From an uncultured Gammaproteobacteria bacterium (GTDB lineage: Bacteria; Patescibacteriota; Patescibacteriia; Patescibacteriales; UBA12465): a DNA stretch of 64,000 nucleotides. The stretch is taken from positions 200,401 through 264,400 of the forward strand of contig CAYYDR010000002.1 of the NCBI GenBank assembly GCA_964470695.1. The letters are read 5' to 3'. The notes beneath the pieces are model-generated. The model was not told where the DNA came from. It saw only the letters and a list, made by a program, of their open reading frames with translations, and did no database searches. Shown here piece after piece: positions 9,551 to 17,646 of this stretch; the stretch's first letter is position 1; every line of letters starts with the position of its first letter. The position numbers were made by a program, and so were the translations under genes.

Positions 9551-10186
9551 ATGGATAATAAATACAAAATCATTCTTCTTTTCGTCGGCCTGGGCATTAT
9601 CACGGTGCTACTAATAATTTTATTCGCGCCTCAGAAAAAAACTTCTAACTATCAGGCTCAGTCTTATCCTAATGCTGATAATAGTCCGGCCGCGGTCGCC
9701 CCTAAAGTCCCCTTAGATATTGAGGCAATTGTGACCAGCGAGGATATGGATAACTCTAAAATAGAAGCGCCAGGGGCTAATCCGATTACCCCAAGCAATC
9801 AGGTTGTTACTGTAGAAGGGAAGAAGACTTTAAATGATGTTTCTCCGACTTCGCCGCAAGCCCCTTCCCAGACCGCGCCGCTTAAGTTGGAAAATTTGTC
9901 ACCTAACGCCGTAAAAATTGCCATTGGTAATGGCGGATTTAGCCCGGTTGTTTTTAGCGTTAATGCCGGCTCGCCAGTGACTATGGCTTTAACTGCAGTT
10001 GATTCTTATGCCCATAGTTTGGTTTTTGATAGCCCGTCCTTATCGGCGGTCGGCGTCGGGGTTTATTCTGGAGAAACTCGCGCTATTACTTTTAACGCTC
10101 CGGAGCAGAAAGGCGAATATAATTTCCGCTGCAATGTCGGCGGACATGCCGGACGAGGTGAAATCGGCAAGATGGTAGTTAAATAA
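9551..10186 (+). CDS. Membrane-anchored cupredoxin-like protein (Cupredoxin_1-like) retaining candidate Cu ligands
   Basis: It has an N-terminal TM helix. The C-terminus reads FSPVVFSVNAGSPVTMALTAVDSYAHSLVFD...GEYNFRCNVGGHAGRGEIGKMVVK, a His...Cys...His...Met arrangement. Confidence 0.7.
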   Translation: MDNKYKIILLFVGLGIITVLLIILFAPQKKTSNYQAQSYPNADNSPAAVAPKVPLDIEAIVTSEDMDNSKIEAPGANPITPSNQVVTVEGKKTLNDVSPTSPQAPSQTAPLKLENLSPNAVKIAIGNGGFSPVVFSVNAGSPVTMALTAVDSYAHSLVFDSPSLSAVGVGVYSGETRAITFNAPEQKGEYNFRCNVGGHAGRGEIGKMVVK

Positions 10187-10235
10187 AATAGTCGTAAAAT
10201 AAATAGCAGTAAAATAATTCGGGCGCTAATTTTTT

Positions 10236-13200
10236 ATGGTTGATATTTTGTTAATTGTTTCCACTTTAATATTGGTTTATCTCTCAGCTTATGCCTTAAT
10301 CTTTCTCGGCTTAAGCTTTTTTGCTTTTTGGCCTAAGTCGCGCGCCTTAGCTTTTAAGACTGAAAAGATTCAGCTGGTTAATCGCGGGCCAATAGCGGTT
10401 TTAATTCCTTCTCATAATGAAGGCGAGGGATTAATTGACGCCATAGAAACTGTTTTGCGGCAGGACTACCCAGGCCTAGTAGAAATTTACATATTACTTA
10501 ATGATCAAAAAAATAATGAGGCGGAAATAAAAGCTTTAACCAAATTTTATGAATTTGATGCTTCAAGCGTATTTAATAAAAATAACCGACGCATCCATTT
10601 AATTTTAAGTAACTTCCAGGCCAAAAAAGATAAAATAAATTTTATCTTAAATAAATTAGACCAACCCTTTACCGCCATTTTAGATGCTGATCATCGCCCT
10701 ATCTCTAACTGGCTCAGTTCTTCGGTTGCACTTTTTCCTGGTTATTCAAATAACGCTAATATTTCAGAAATTATTGCCGTCCAAACTCGTCGTCGCCCTT
10801 TAGCTGTTACTCACTTAGCACAAATATGGGACTCCGCCCAGAATCATTTAGGCAATGAATTATTTAATAATTTTTTAAGCCGCCTCGGCGTGCGGCGCGG
10901 TGGTAAAGTTTTTTTTACTGGTACGGCCGCTCTTTTTAAAACCGCTATCCTTAAAAAATATCCGCTCTCAGATTCAGTAACCGAGGACACTTATCTTTCC
11001 TATACTCTATGGTGCGCCGGTTATCAGATTATTTATAATAGCCACTCCGCCTCTTACGAGGAGGTTTCACCTTCTTTCCGTGACTATGTTATGCGCCGCC
11101 GCCGCTGGAGTGCCGGCCATAGCCGAACTTTTTTTAAGCATCTGATAAAAATATTAAAATCGCCGCTCCCTCTGTTAGATAAAATAATATTATTAGGCCA
11201 TGGCCAATTTTATTTAATTCCTTTAGCCGTCTGGTTGCTCTTGAGTGTTTATGGCTATTATTTTTTTAGGCAGCTCGGCACTAATTTCCAATTCGCCGTC
11301 GCTCTAGCGGCTTTTTTTATCGCCGGTCTTCTAGCTTATGCTTTTAGGCAAAAAAATCGCCGTCTCTATGGTGATTGGCTAGTCGCTTGGCTATGGCTAT
11401 TGCCTCAACTGGCTATTGTCTCAGTTTATGTTTATAAATTTATCGGTGCCGAAAATTATTATTATATTTTGATTTTTCCTTATGCTAAGGACTGGCTAAT
11501 CTGGCACTCCGTCCTTATCGGTTTGCCGCTAGTAGCTTTCTTGGCTAGTTTTTATTTTTTTAAAGATTCCCGCCAGTTAAAAAGTTTGTGGCTAATCCCG
11601 ACTTATCTGATTACGATGGCCCTAGATATTTACGCTTCTTTACTGGGCTTTTGGGATATGCTTTGGGGTCGGTCTTATTGGTCGCGCATAACGCGGCGTA
11701 ATGCCTACTCCCGAAATTTAGTTTCGTCTGATTTAAGTGCCAGTCTCGTGACTGGCCAGGCGGCGCCTCGTTCTCGCCGTTTGCCTTATGTTTTAGCCGT
11801 AGCCGGCTTAATTACCGTGGTTGTTTTGAATGATTTATTGGCGGTAAATAACTGCGGGGAAATTAAGAAATTTTTATGGCCGCCTTTATTTTTAAAGCCT
11901 CAATCAGCCGTTAACCTTAAAATCAGCGAAGATAAAAAAATTGCTGCTCCAGAAAACTTGCGTCTTAGTATTTATGCGGCCTTGACCGGCGGCGATGGTC
12001 ATTTTAATTTAACTTATTATATTGATGATAAATTTATCGGCCAGAAAGAGTTAAAGGGGGCATTGCCTTTAGAACCGATTAAGATTATTGATACCGAGTA
12101 TCCTTTGGGCTGGCAAAAGCATAAATTAGAGGTGCGATTGCAGGGCCAGGGAGCGGACCTGCAGACCACTTGCAATCGGCGGACCGCCTTTTCTACGGTC
12201 TTAAAAGAATTACGCGGTTCGGATTTATATATTAATGGCGAAAAATTTTTGGTTAAAGGCTTAATCCCATCTTTTATGAACGGCCAAATTGATTTAGAAC
12301 TCGCTGATGGATTTAAGCAGTTCCAGGCGATAGGCATTAATACTATCCGCTTGTATCATCGGGCCAATTCCGCTCTTTTGAGAGCGGCCGGAGAGAATGG
12401 CTTGTTAGTTATTGATCAGCCTGACCGTTCCACTTGGGACGAATTAGATCTTACTAGTGATCGCCAAGTAAACAGTTATTTAGAGCGTTATCAGGAAATG
12501 GTGACGAGTCATATCGGCGAACCATACCTCCTCTGGGACGGCTTAGGCAATGAATGGGAATTAGGCGGCCAGACCAATATGGCTCAGCTAGTTAATTTAA
12601 GTGATGAGATTATGGCTAGAGCCGCTAAGGAGATTTATAATTGGCCCAGCTCTTATTCTACTTATTTTACTTTTATTAATTACCCGGTTGATATTAGAGG
12701 TATTAATATGCTTGATACCGGCCTGACTTATTGGAACCGGGGAATTAAAATTATCAAAAGTTTGTCTAAGCCGTATTATGCTAGTGAGTTCGGCGGTTTT
12801 GTCGCTTTTTGGGAGAAGACCGTTCCTGAGCTTCGTTTAAAGCGTTTAGCCGATGAATGGAATATCTTATTGAATAACGGCGCCCTAGGAGCTAATTTTT
12901 ATGAATCACATGACAATTGGGCGCAGTCTGTGGTGGTTGGCTATAACGATCCTTTTAAAGCCGACCAGCCTGATGATACCCGTGGTTTTTGGGATCATGA
13001 TAATAAGCCTAAGCCAGAGCTTAGGGTCTTAAAAAAATTATTAGCTGATTTAGAGGTTAATTCCGCCTCTGATACCATTAACCCTCAGGCCGACCAAATA
13101 AATTTAACAGTCAAAAATATCCGCCCCTATAATTTGCGGCAAGTAATTTTATCAGCCGTGGGGAAAGATTATGAGGTTGGCGACTTGCAGCCGGGTGAAG

Positions 13201-13970
13201 AAAAAAACCTCGTGATTGATAATTTAGTATTGGGAGAGGGAAATAGTATATCAGGAGTAGAAAACCATATTTTAACTTTAAATTTCCGTTATAATTCCCA
13301 CGCCGGGCTAGCCGGCGCCACCGAAGTTGATTTGCCCTTGCCGTTTCTAAGTAAAGAGCCTCGGATATTAAATGACGACTTCCAGGTAGAGTCAATTAGC
13401 GAAAACAAATTAACTGGGCGTTTACGTAGCTCCAGCGCGGTGGATTTAGTTTTGCCAGATAGCTGGCTAAATTTTAGTCTAAACGGCCAGGCTTACGCGA
13501 AAACAAAAACAAGATTAGAATTACCCCTCGCTAACCCTTACCAAGCCGTATCTGATCTAGAAATTTCTCGGGACGGGGAGGCCTGGTCCAAACTGGATGC
13601 TGATGATAAATTAGGTGCTGGCCAATATTATATCCGTTTCCGCTGGCCGGCCCTTAAAGCTAAAACTCAACATTTAATTTTAGCTGGGCTAGGCACTGGC
13701 CAGATTGAAATATTGTGGCGCGGGCAGTCTAAACGCCTGGCGGCGCATAATTATCGTGAGAATATAATTAGCGCCCTTGATTTACAGAATCCCCGGTCGG
13801 GCGAATTAATTACCATCGTCTTTAATCGCAATCAGACCGCTTATGTTAATAAAGATATGGTGCGCCGTGATTTCCGAGCTGAGGCTATTTTAAGTGAAAA
13901 TACCGATGTCCAGTTTGAGCGGCCACGGCTTTTTGCTCCGGTGGATATTATTTTGGAGAAAATAAATTAG
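10236..13970 (+). CDS. Fusion protein: multi-TM processive family-2 glycosyltransferase plus a C-terminal extracytoplasmic clan GH-A-like glycoside hydrolase region
   Basis: GT2 motifs are VLIPSHNE, ILDADH (DxD), VTEDTYLS (TED) and RRRRWSAGH (QxxRW type), followed by about 6 TM helices. The hydrolase part has INGEKFLVKGL...IGINTIRLYH, GLGNEWELGG (acid/base NE) and YYASEFGG (nucleophile E). Confidence 0.75.
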   Translation: MVDILLIVSTLILVYLSAYALIFLGLSFFAFWPKSRALAFKTEKIQLVNRGPIAVLIPSHNEGEGLIDAIETVLRQDYPGLVEIYILLNDQKNNEAEIKALTKFYEFDASSVFNKNNRRIHLILSNFQAKKDKINFILNKLDQPFTAILDADHRPISNWLSSSVALFPGYSNNANISEIIAVQTRRRPLAVTHLAQIWDSAQNHLGNELFNNFLSRLGVRRGGKVFFTGTAALFKTAILKKYPLSDSVTEDTYLSYTLWCAGYQIIYNSHSASYEEVSPSFRDYVMRRRRWSAGHSRTFFKHLIKILKSPLPLLDKIILLGHGQFYLIPLAVWLLLSVYGYYFFRQLGTNFQFAVALAAFFIAGLLAYAFRQKNRRLYGDWLVAWLWLLPQLAIVSVYVYKFIGAENYYYILIFPYAKDWLIWHSVLIGLPLVAFLASFYFFKDSRQLKSLWLIPTYLITMALDIYASLLGFWDMLWGRSYWSRITRRNAYSRNLVSSDLSASLVTGQAAPRSRRLPYVLAVAGLITVVVLNDLLAVNNCGEIKKFLWPPLFLKPQSAVNLKISEDKKIAAPENLRLSIYAALTGGDGHFNLTYYIDDKFIGQKELKGALPLEPIKIIDTEYPLGWQKHKLEVRLQGQGADLQTTCNRRTAFSTVLKELRGSDLYINGEKFLVKGLIPSFMNGQIDLELADGFKQFQAIGINTIRLYHRANSALLRAAGENGLLVIDQPDRSTWDELDLTSDRQVNSYLERYQEMVTSHIGEPYLLWDGLGNEWELGGQTNMAQLVNLSDEIMARAAKEIYNWPSSYSTYFTFINYPVDIRGINMLDTGLTYWNRGIKIIKSLSKPYYASEFGGFVAFWEKTVPELRLKRLADEWNILLNNGALGANFYESHDNWAQSVVVGYNDPFKADQPDDTRGFWDHDNKPKPELRVLKKLLADLEVNSASDTINPQADQINLTVKNIRPYNLRQVILSAVGKDYEVGDLQPGEEKNLVIDNLVLGEGNSISGVENHILTLNFRYNSHAGLAGATEVDLPLPFLSKEPRILNDDFQVESISENKLTGRLRSSSAVDLVLPDSWLNFSLNGQAYAKTKTRLELPLANPYQAVSDLEISRDGEAWSKLDADDKLGAGQYYIRFRWPALKAKTQHLILAGLGTGQIEILWRGQSKRLAAHNYRENIISALDLQNPRSGELITIVFNRNQTAYVNKDMVRRDFRAEAILSENTDVQFERPRLFAPVDIILEKIN

Positions 13971-13983
13971 CGGATTTATTTTC

Positions 13984-14012
13984 TTGACCCTCGTCTTAGT
14001 AATTGCTATAAT
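13984..14012 (+). promoter_or_regulatory. Sigma70-type promoter
   Basis: TTGACC 13984-13989, 17-nt spacer, TATAAT 14007-14012. It lies upstream of 14043. Confidence 0.55.
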
Positions 14013-14042
14013 ATAAGAAGTTTTTATTAACTTATTTATTTT

Positions 14043-14249
14043 ATGAAAAAATCATTTATCGGCCCCTTATTGACCGTGATTGCCTTGGCCCTGGTCTTGG
14101 CAATGTTTATCTATTTTTATGTCTCTCTGAATCGGATGGAAAAGAGACTGACGACAGTTCAGACTTCTTTAGTAGAAGATTCTGGCAAGATTACCGCTAT
14201 CGTTAATTTCTTTAACGCTAATGCCAATGCCCAGAATACTCAAAAGTAA
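14043..14249 (+). CDS. Small membrane-anchored protein (68 aa)
   Basis: It has an N-terminal TM helix and a tail that aligns with the next gene (IVNFFNANA versus IVTFINNAT). Confidence 0.6.
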   Translation: MKKSFIGPLLTVIALALVLAMFIYFYVSLNRMEKRLTTVQTSLVEDSGKITAIVNFFNANANAQNTQK

Positions 14250-14316
14250 TTTAATAAATAATATAACTAGTCCGGCCGGATCATTAACTCCGCGCCGTGA
14301 CCTAAGTAATAATACT

Positions 14317-14547
14317 ATGAAAAGAGAATTTGTTTTCCCTCTAGTGGTTGGCCTTATCTTAGGCGCTTTAGTAATGATTTTTTGGCAGTTCAATGCCCGT
14401 TTAGCTAACGTCGCCGCCGGCGTCGTCCAGTTAGAACAGGCCACTAGCCAGAACACTAAGACCGTTGGTGACATTGTTACCTTTATTAACAATGCGACTG
14501 GCCAGAAAGCCCCGGCTGCTCCAGCGGCGGAAGCTCCTAAGCAGTAA
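14317..14547 (+). CDS. Small membrane-anchored protein, tandem paralog of 14043-14249
   Basis: I prefer the internal ATG 14317 (MKREFVFPLVVGLILGALV...) because the ORF-track start 14221 overlaps the previous gene. Confidence 0.55.
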   Translation: MKREFVFPLVVGLILGALVMIFWQFNARLANVAAGVVQLEQATSQNTKTVGDIVTFINNATGQKAPAAPAAEAPKQ

Positions 14548-14571
14548 TCTTAGAAATCATAAAATTCTGAG

Positions 14572-14607
14572 CCCTGCCTCTGCTTAAGAGGCAGGGTTTT
14601 TGTTTTT
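14572..14607 (+). terminator. Intrinsic terminator
   Basis: CCCTGCCTC-tgcttaa-GAGGCAGGG followed by TTTTTGTTTTT. Confidence 0.85.
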
Positions 14608-14612
14608 GCTAT

Positions 14613-14641
14613 TTGACGCGCTAGCTTCTTTGGGCTAAAAT
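14613..14641 (+). promoter_or_regulatory. Sigma70-type promoter of hutU, followed by the palindrome ATCACT-ct-AGTGAT (14647-14660) at about +1
   Basis: TTGACG 14613-14618, 17-nt spacer, TAAAAT 14636-14641. The 6-2-6 inverted repeat lies immediately downstream. Confidence 0.5.
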
Positions 14642-14733
14642 AATTAATCACTCTAGTGATAAAGTATTAACAGATTTGCCCTTTAAAATAAGAAAATAAA
14701 CAGTCATTCATTAACTAAGTGAGGAACACGGTC

Positions 14734-16743
14734 ATGAAAAAGAAGTGGTTTAAGGAAGTCAGTGGCGTTAGATTATCATCTTATCTGCCGGCCAAAAAAT
14801 TTTTTAAAGATGGTACTCGTCGCGCGCCTGATCGCGGACTGGAATTAAGTCCTGCCGAAATCAAGTTAGCGCTTCATAATGCTTTGCGCTATTTGCCGGC
14901 AGAGTTACATGCCAAAATGGCACCGGAGTTTTTACAAGAGTTAAAAACAAGGGGCCGGATTTATGGCTATCGTTTTCGCCCGGCCGGAAGAATCAAGGGA
15001 AAGCCGATTAATAGATATGTCGGTATTCCCGAGGCTAGAGCCCTTCAAGTCATGATTGATAATAATCTTGATTTTGAAGTTGCTCTATATCCTTATGAAT
15101 TAGTGACCTACGGAGAAACCGGACAAATTTTTCAGAACTGGATGCAGTATCATCTGGTTAAGAAATATTTGCAGATAATGAATAATAACCAGACTTTAGT
15201 AATTAGCTCCGGACATCCGGTCGGTTTATTTCCGTCTTCTCCTAACGCTCCCAGAGTCATTAGTACTAATGGGCTTCTAGTTGGGAAATGGGATAATCCG
15301 GCTGAATTTAAAAGGCTAGCCGCCCTCGGCGTTTCTAATTATGGTCAGATGACCGCTGGTGGTTGGATGTATATTGGCCCGCAAGGCATTGTCCATGGCA
15401 CTTATATCACCATCTTAAACGCAGCCAGAAAGTATTTAGGCTGGCCCGATGATAAAAATTTGGCCGGTGTTTGTTTTGTCTCTTCTGGTTTGGGAGGCAT
15501 GTCATGCGCTCAGGCTAAAGCTATGAAAATAGCGGGCGGGATTGCTGTTATTGCCGAAGTTGATGATAACCGCATCCGTATGCGCCTAGAACAAGGTTGG
15601 ATAGAAAAAGCCACTAACGATTTATCGGAAGTAGTTAAGCTAATCGCGGAGTATAAAAAATCCGGCCAGTCTTTAGCTTTAGGCTATCATGGTAACGTCG
15701 TTGACTTACTGGAATATCTGGGTGAAAAATTCGTATCAGTTGAATTAATTTCCGATCAGACCTCATGCCATGCCGTTTACGATGGTGGTTATACGCCAGC
15801 CGGACTTAATTTTTTGGCTGGGCGCCAGCTGCTAGGAGAAGACAAGGAGGCCTTCCGCGGTCAAGTTGACCTTTCTCTAAAGCGCCATTTTGCGGCGATT
15901 AAACGGTTGGTAGTAGAACAAGGTGCCCACTTCTGGGACTATGGTAATAGTTTTATGGCTTCAGTTTTTGAAGCCGGCGAAAAATCCATCGCCAAAAATT
16001 CTGAAGATACCAGAGACGGATTTATTTGGCCGTCTTATGTAGAAGACATTATGGGTCCGATTTGTTTTGACCGTGGTTTCGGTCCTTTCCGTTGGGTTTG
16101 TTTAAGTGGTAAACAGGCCGATTTGGATTATACGGATAGAATAGCTTTGAGTTTAATTGACCCTAAGAAAAGTTCTTTGCATTACGATAATCATAATTGG
16201 ATTAAAATGGCGAAGAAAAATAAATTAGTGGTCGGGACTAAGGCGAGAATTCTCTATAATGATGAAGAGGGAAGAATAGAAATCGCGTTAGCTTTTAATA
16301 AGGCGGTTAGAGAAGGAAAAATTGGCGCGGTTATGATTGGCCGTGATCATCATGATGTTTCCGGGACTGATTCGCCATTTCGCGAAACCGCCAATATTTA
16401 TGACGGCAGTCGCCCGACCGCTGACATGTCTGTCCAGTGTTTTGCCGGTAATGTCGCTCGCGGTCTGACTTTAGTTGTCTTATCTAATGGCGGCGGAGTC
16501 GGAATTGGAAGAGCCAGTAATGGCGGCAACGGCATTGTTTTAGACGGTAGCAAAAAGATTGACCGAGTTATCAAAAGCGGCTTATCTTGGGATGTTATGG
16601 GTGGAGTAGCTCGTCGTAATTGGGCTAGAAATCTTGGCGCCATGGAGACAGCTAAACGCTGGAATGAAAAACATTCGGAGGAAGGTCAGATAACCATTCC
16701 GTATTTGGTTGATCCAGATTTGATAGACCAGTTGGTTGATTAA
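14734..16743 (+). CDS. hutU: Urocanate hydratase
   Basis: The signature GGWMYIGPQGIVHGTYIT is present, with full-length collinearity. I prefer the ATG 14734 with GAGGA 8 nt upstream over the GTG at 14719. Confidence 0.93.
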   Translation: MKKKWFKEVSGVRLSSYLPAKKFFKDGTRRAPDRGLELSPAEIKLALHNALRYLPAELHAKMAPEFLQELKTRGRIYGYRFRPAGRIKGKPINRYVGIPEARALQVMIDNNLDFEVALYPYELVTYGETGQIFQNWMQYHLVKKYLQIMNNNQTLVISSGHPVGLFPSSPNAPRVISTNGLLVGKWDNPAEFKRLAALGVSNYGQMTAGGWMYIGPQGIVHGTYITILNAARKYLGWPDDKNLAGVCFVSSGLGGMSCAQAKAMKIAGGIAVIAEVDDNRIRMRLEQGWIEKATNDLSEVVKLIAEYKKSGQSLALGYHGNVVDLLEYLGEKFVSVELISDQTSCHAVYDGGYTPAGLNFLAGRQLLGEDKEAFRGQVDLSLKRHFAAIKRLVVEQGAHFWDYGNSFMASVFEAGEKSIAKNSEDTRDGFIWPSYVEDIMGPICFDRGFGPFRWVCLSGKQADLDYTDRIALSLIDPKKSSLHYDNHNWIKMAKKNKLVVGTKARILYNDEEGRIEIALAFNKAVREGKIGAVMIGRDHHDVSGTDSPFRETANIYDGSRPTADMSVQCFAGNVARGLTLVVLSNGGGVGIGRASNGGNGIVLDGSKKIDRVIKSGLSWDVMGGVARRNWARNLGAMETAKRWNEKHSEEGQITIPYLVDPDLIDQLVD

Positions 16744-16777
16744 AAAGTAGCTAATTTATGGACAGGAGAAATATAAA

Positions 16778-17419
16778 ATGAAAACGCTACTCTTGTTGTC
16801 TAGTAGTAAATTTCTTAACAACGATCTGACTGATTATTTGGGTCGACCCTTAAGCTCTCTGCGAATCGCTCATATCATTGATGCCTCAAAGGGCGAGAAG
16901 GACCCTATTAATTTACCTTGTTTAGGTAGAGCGAGAGGTATATTCCGACAGAATGGTTGTTATTTTGAAGATTTATATCTAGAAGGGAAAAAGGAAACTG
17001 AGCTCCGTAGTATCTTAAAAAGTTTTGACGCCGTCTTTGTTAACGGCGGCAGTACTTTTTATCTATTGCGGGCTGTTCTCGCCAGCGGGTTTGCCGAGGT
17101 TGTTAAAGAGTTATTGCCTCAAGGTCTAATTTATATTGGATCCAGCGCCGGTGCTTATGTAGCTTGCCCCACTATTGAAATGACTCTGTGGATAGATCCG
17201 CATAAGTATGATTATTGCGGGTTAACTGATTTTAAGGCGATGAATTTAGTGCCGTTCTTGGTAACTACTCACTATACCGCCAAGCAGAGAGATATTCTTA
17301 GAGCTAATACCGCTGCCGCTAACTATCCGGTTAAGATTCTTAGTAATAAACAGGCCATCTTAGTAAAAGACGACTATATTCAAATCCTGGGCGGAAAAGA
17401 AATAAAATTGTTTAAATAA
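16778..17419 (+). CDS. Peptidase S51 family (dipeptidase E-like)
   Basis: FVNGGSTFYLLRAV...IYIGSSAGAYVACP (nucleophile Ser motif). An SD sequence AGGAG lies upstream. Confidence 0.75.
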   Translation: MKTLLLLSSSKFLNNDLTDYLGRPLSSLRIAHIIDASKGEKDPINLPCLGRARGIFRQNGCYFEDLYLEGKKETELRSILKSFDAVFVNGGSTFYLLRAVLASGFAEVVKELLPQGLIYIGSSAGAYVACPTIEMTLWIDPHKYDYCGLTDFKAMNLVPFLVTTHYTAKQRDILRANTAAANYPVKILSNKQAILVKDDYIQILGGKEIKLFK

Positions 17420-17447
17420 TTTATAATTTGTTAACCATTTAAAAGCC

Positions 17448-17477
17448 AGCCGCACGACTAGTTCTGCGGCTTTTTTA
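17448..17477 (+). terminator. Intrinsic terminator
   Basis: AGCCGCA-10 nt loop-TGCGGCT followed by T6. Confidence 0.8.
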
Positions 17478-17502
17478 TTATTTTTTGATAGGCGGCAACC
17501 AA

Positions 17503-17531
17503 TTGACAATTTTACCTAATTTTGGTAAATT
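17503..17531 (+). promoter_or_regulatory. Sigma70-type promoter (extended -10) of hisS-hutH
   Basis: TTGACA 17503-17508, 17-nt spacer, TGgTAAATT ending at 17531. Confidence 0.55.
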
Positions 17532-17646
17532 ATCCTGAAGGTCTTTTGATTTAAATACTAAAGATTCTAAGCCCTTTAACATCAAAATAGCAAACACACT
17601 AAGCAAATAAAAAATAAAGTCAATCACAAACAAGACCGGAGGTCTT

